Below, one piece after another: positions 63,439 through 64,000 of a DNA stretch of 64,000 nt (within the stretch, counting starts at the first letter, position 1; every line of letters starts with the position of its first letter). Below the pieces are notes generated by a model. That model did no database searches. It saw only the letters and a list, made by a program, of their open reading frames with translations, and was not told the DNA's origin. This stretch comes from Candidatus Versatilivorator sp. Lineage in GTDB: Bacteria > Acidobacteriota > Terriglobia > Versatilivoradales > Versatilivoraceae. Position numbers and translations under genes: made by a program. The stretch is taken from contig OZ242296.1 of the NCBI GenBank assembly GCA_965207735.1, forward strand, positions 4,480,001-4,544,000, written 5' to 3'.

Positions 63439-64000
63439 CTACTTCACATAAAGAAACTCGTTGGAGCTCAGCAGCACCCGGGCGTATTGGGGCCAGCCCT
63501 TGTCGTTTTCCCGGAGAAACTTGACCCCGAGCCGCAGCTCCTCGCGGTTGGGGTCGCGGCCGAACAGGATGTGGTAGATCCGGCGGATCCGGGCCGGGTC
63601 CGCCGCCCCGCTGTCCAACCGGTCGACCAGCGCCTCCGACAACCGGGTCAGAAAGGCGCTGTTGAGAAAGAACAGCCGCTGCAGGGGCGTGGAGGTCTCG
63701 AATCGGGTTTCGCTGATGGCGGTCGGATTAGGGAAGTCGAACAAGGTCATGGTCTTGTCCGGACGCCGCCGACTGACGAAGCCGTAGAGGGTGCGCCGGT
63801 TGGAATCGGTGAGGATCCACTCCGCCGGCTGGCTGTACTTGTCGGGCTCCCCGTCGGGGCCCTTGCGCCAGGCCAGGTTCTCCGTCAACCACATCGGGGG
63901 GCCTCCCAGGGCTGGGTCCAGTTTCCCCGAGACGAAAAGCAGGCTGTCGCGCAACGCCTCGGCATCCAGCCGCCGCCGATTGGACCGCCAGTAGAGGCCG
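63439..64000 (-). CDS. DUF1553 (PSD1) domain protein, C-terminal part (runs off the window)
   Basis: RRRLDAEALRDSLL..SG.LD, RRTLY, FDFP, TPLQRLFFLNS, LLSSNEFLY; upstream of DUF1501 as usual. Confidence 0.88.
   Translation of the reverse strand, partial: GLYWRSNRRRLDAEALRDSLLFVSGKLDPALGGPPMWLTENLAWRKGPDGEPDKYSQPAEWILTDSNRRTLYGFVSRRRPDKTMTLFDFPNPTAISETRFETSTPLQRLFFLNSAFLTRLSEALVDRLDSGAADPARIRRIYHILFGRDPNREELRLGVKFLRENDKGWPQYARVLLSSNEFLYVK

Overview
GC-rich bacterial chromosomal segment. The gene content (Gfo/Idh/MocA oxidoreductases, PhyH dioxygenase, sialidase-like proteins, DUF1501/DUF1553, Sel1-TonB, RNase E/G with a large S1 insertion) suggests an Acidobacteria-like, possibly host-associated, organism; this is an inference. 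The core backbone is ppiD, mreBCD-mrdA-rodA-rne, rnr, tRNA-Leu(CAG) and tRNA-Met(CAT). Accessory content: a decayed integrative element at ~25.3-32.9 kb (internally deleted P4-like integrase, RHH protein, 39-bp perfect hairpin, three homologous cos/ori-like cis elements); two 1929-bp IS1634 copies with 6-bp target duplications; a complete group II intron; an IS1182/IS5-like element; a LysR-katG region flanked by two paralogous unknown genes; and a decayed type III R-M/TA region. Most long intergenic regions are mosaics of recurring palindromic modules (REP/BIME-like), and these modules act as landing pads. The group II intron sits in a CACGAAG module that its predicted EBS1 can pair with, and one IS1634 copy sits in a second module. 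All protein calls come from visual motif recognition; no database searches were run.
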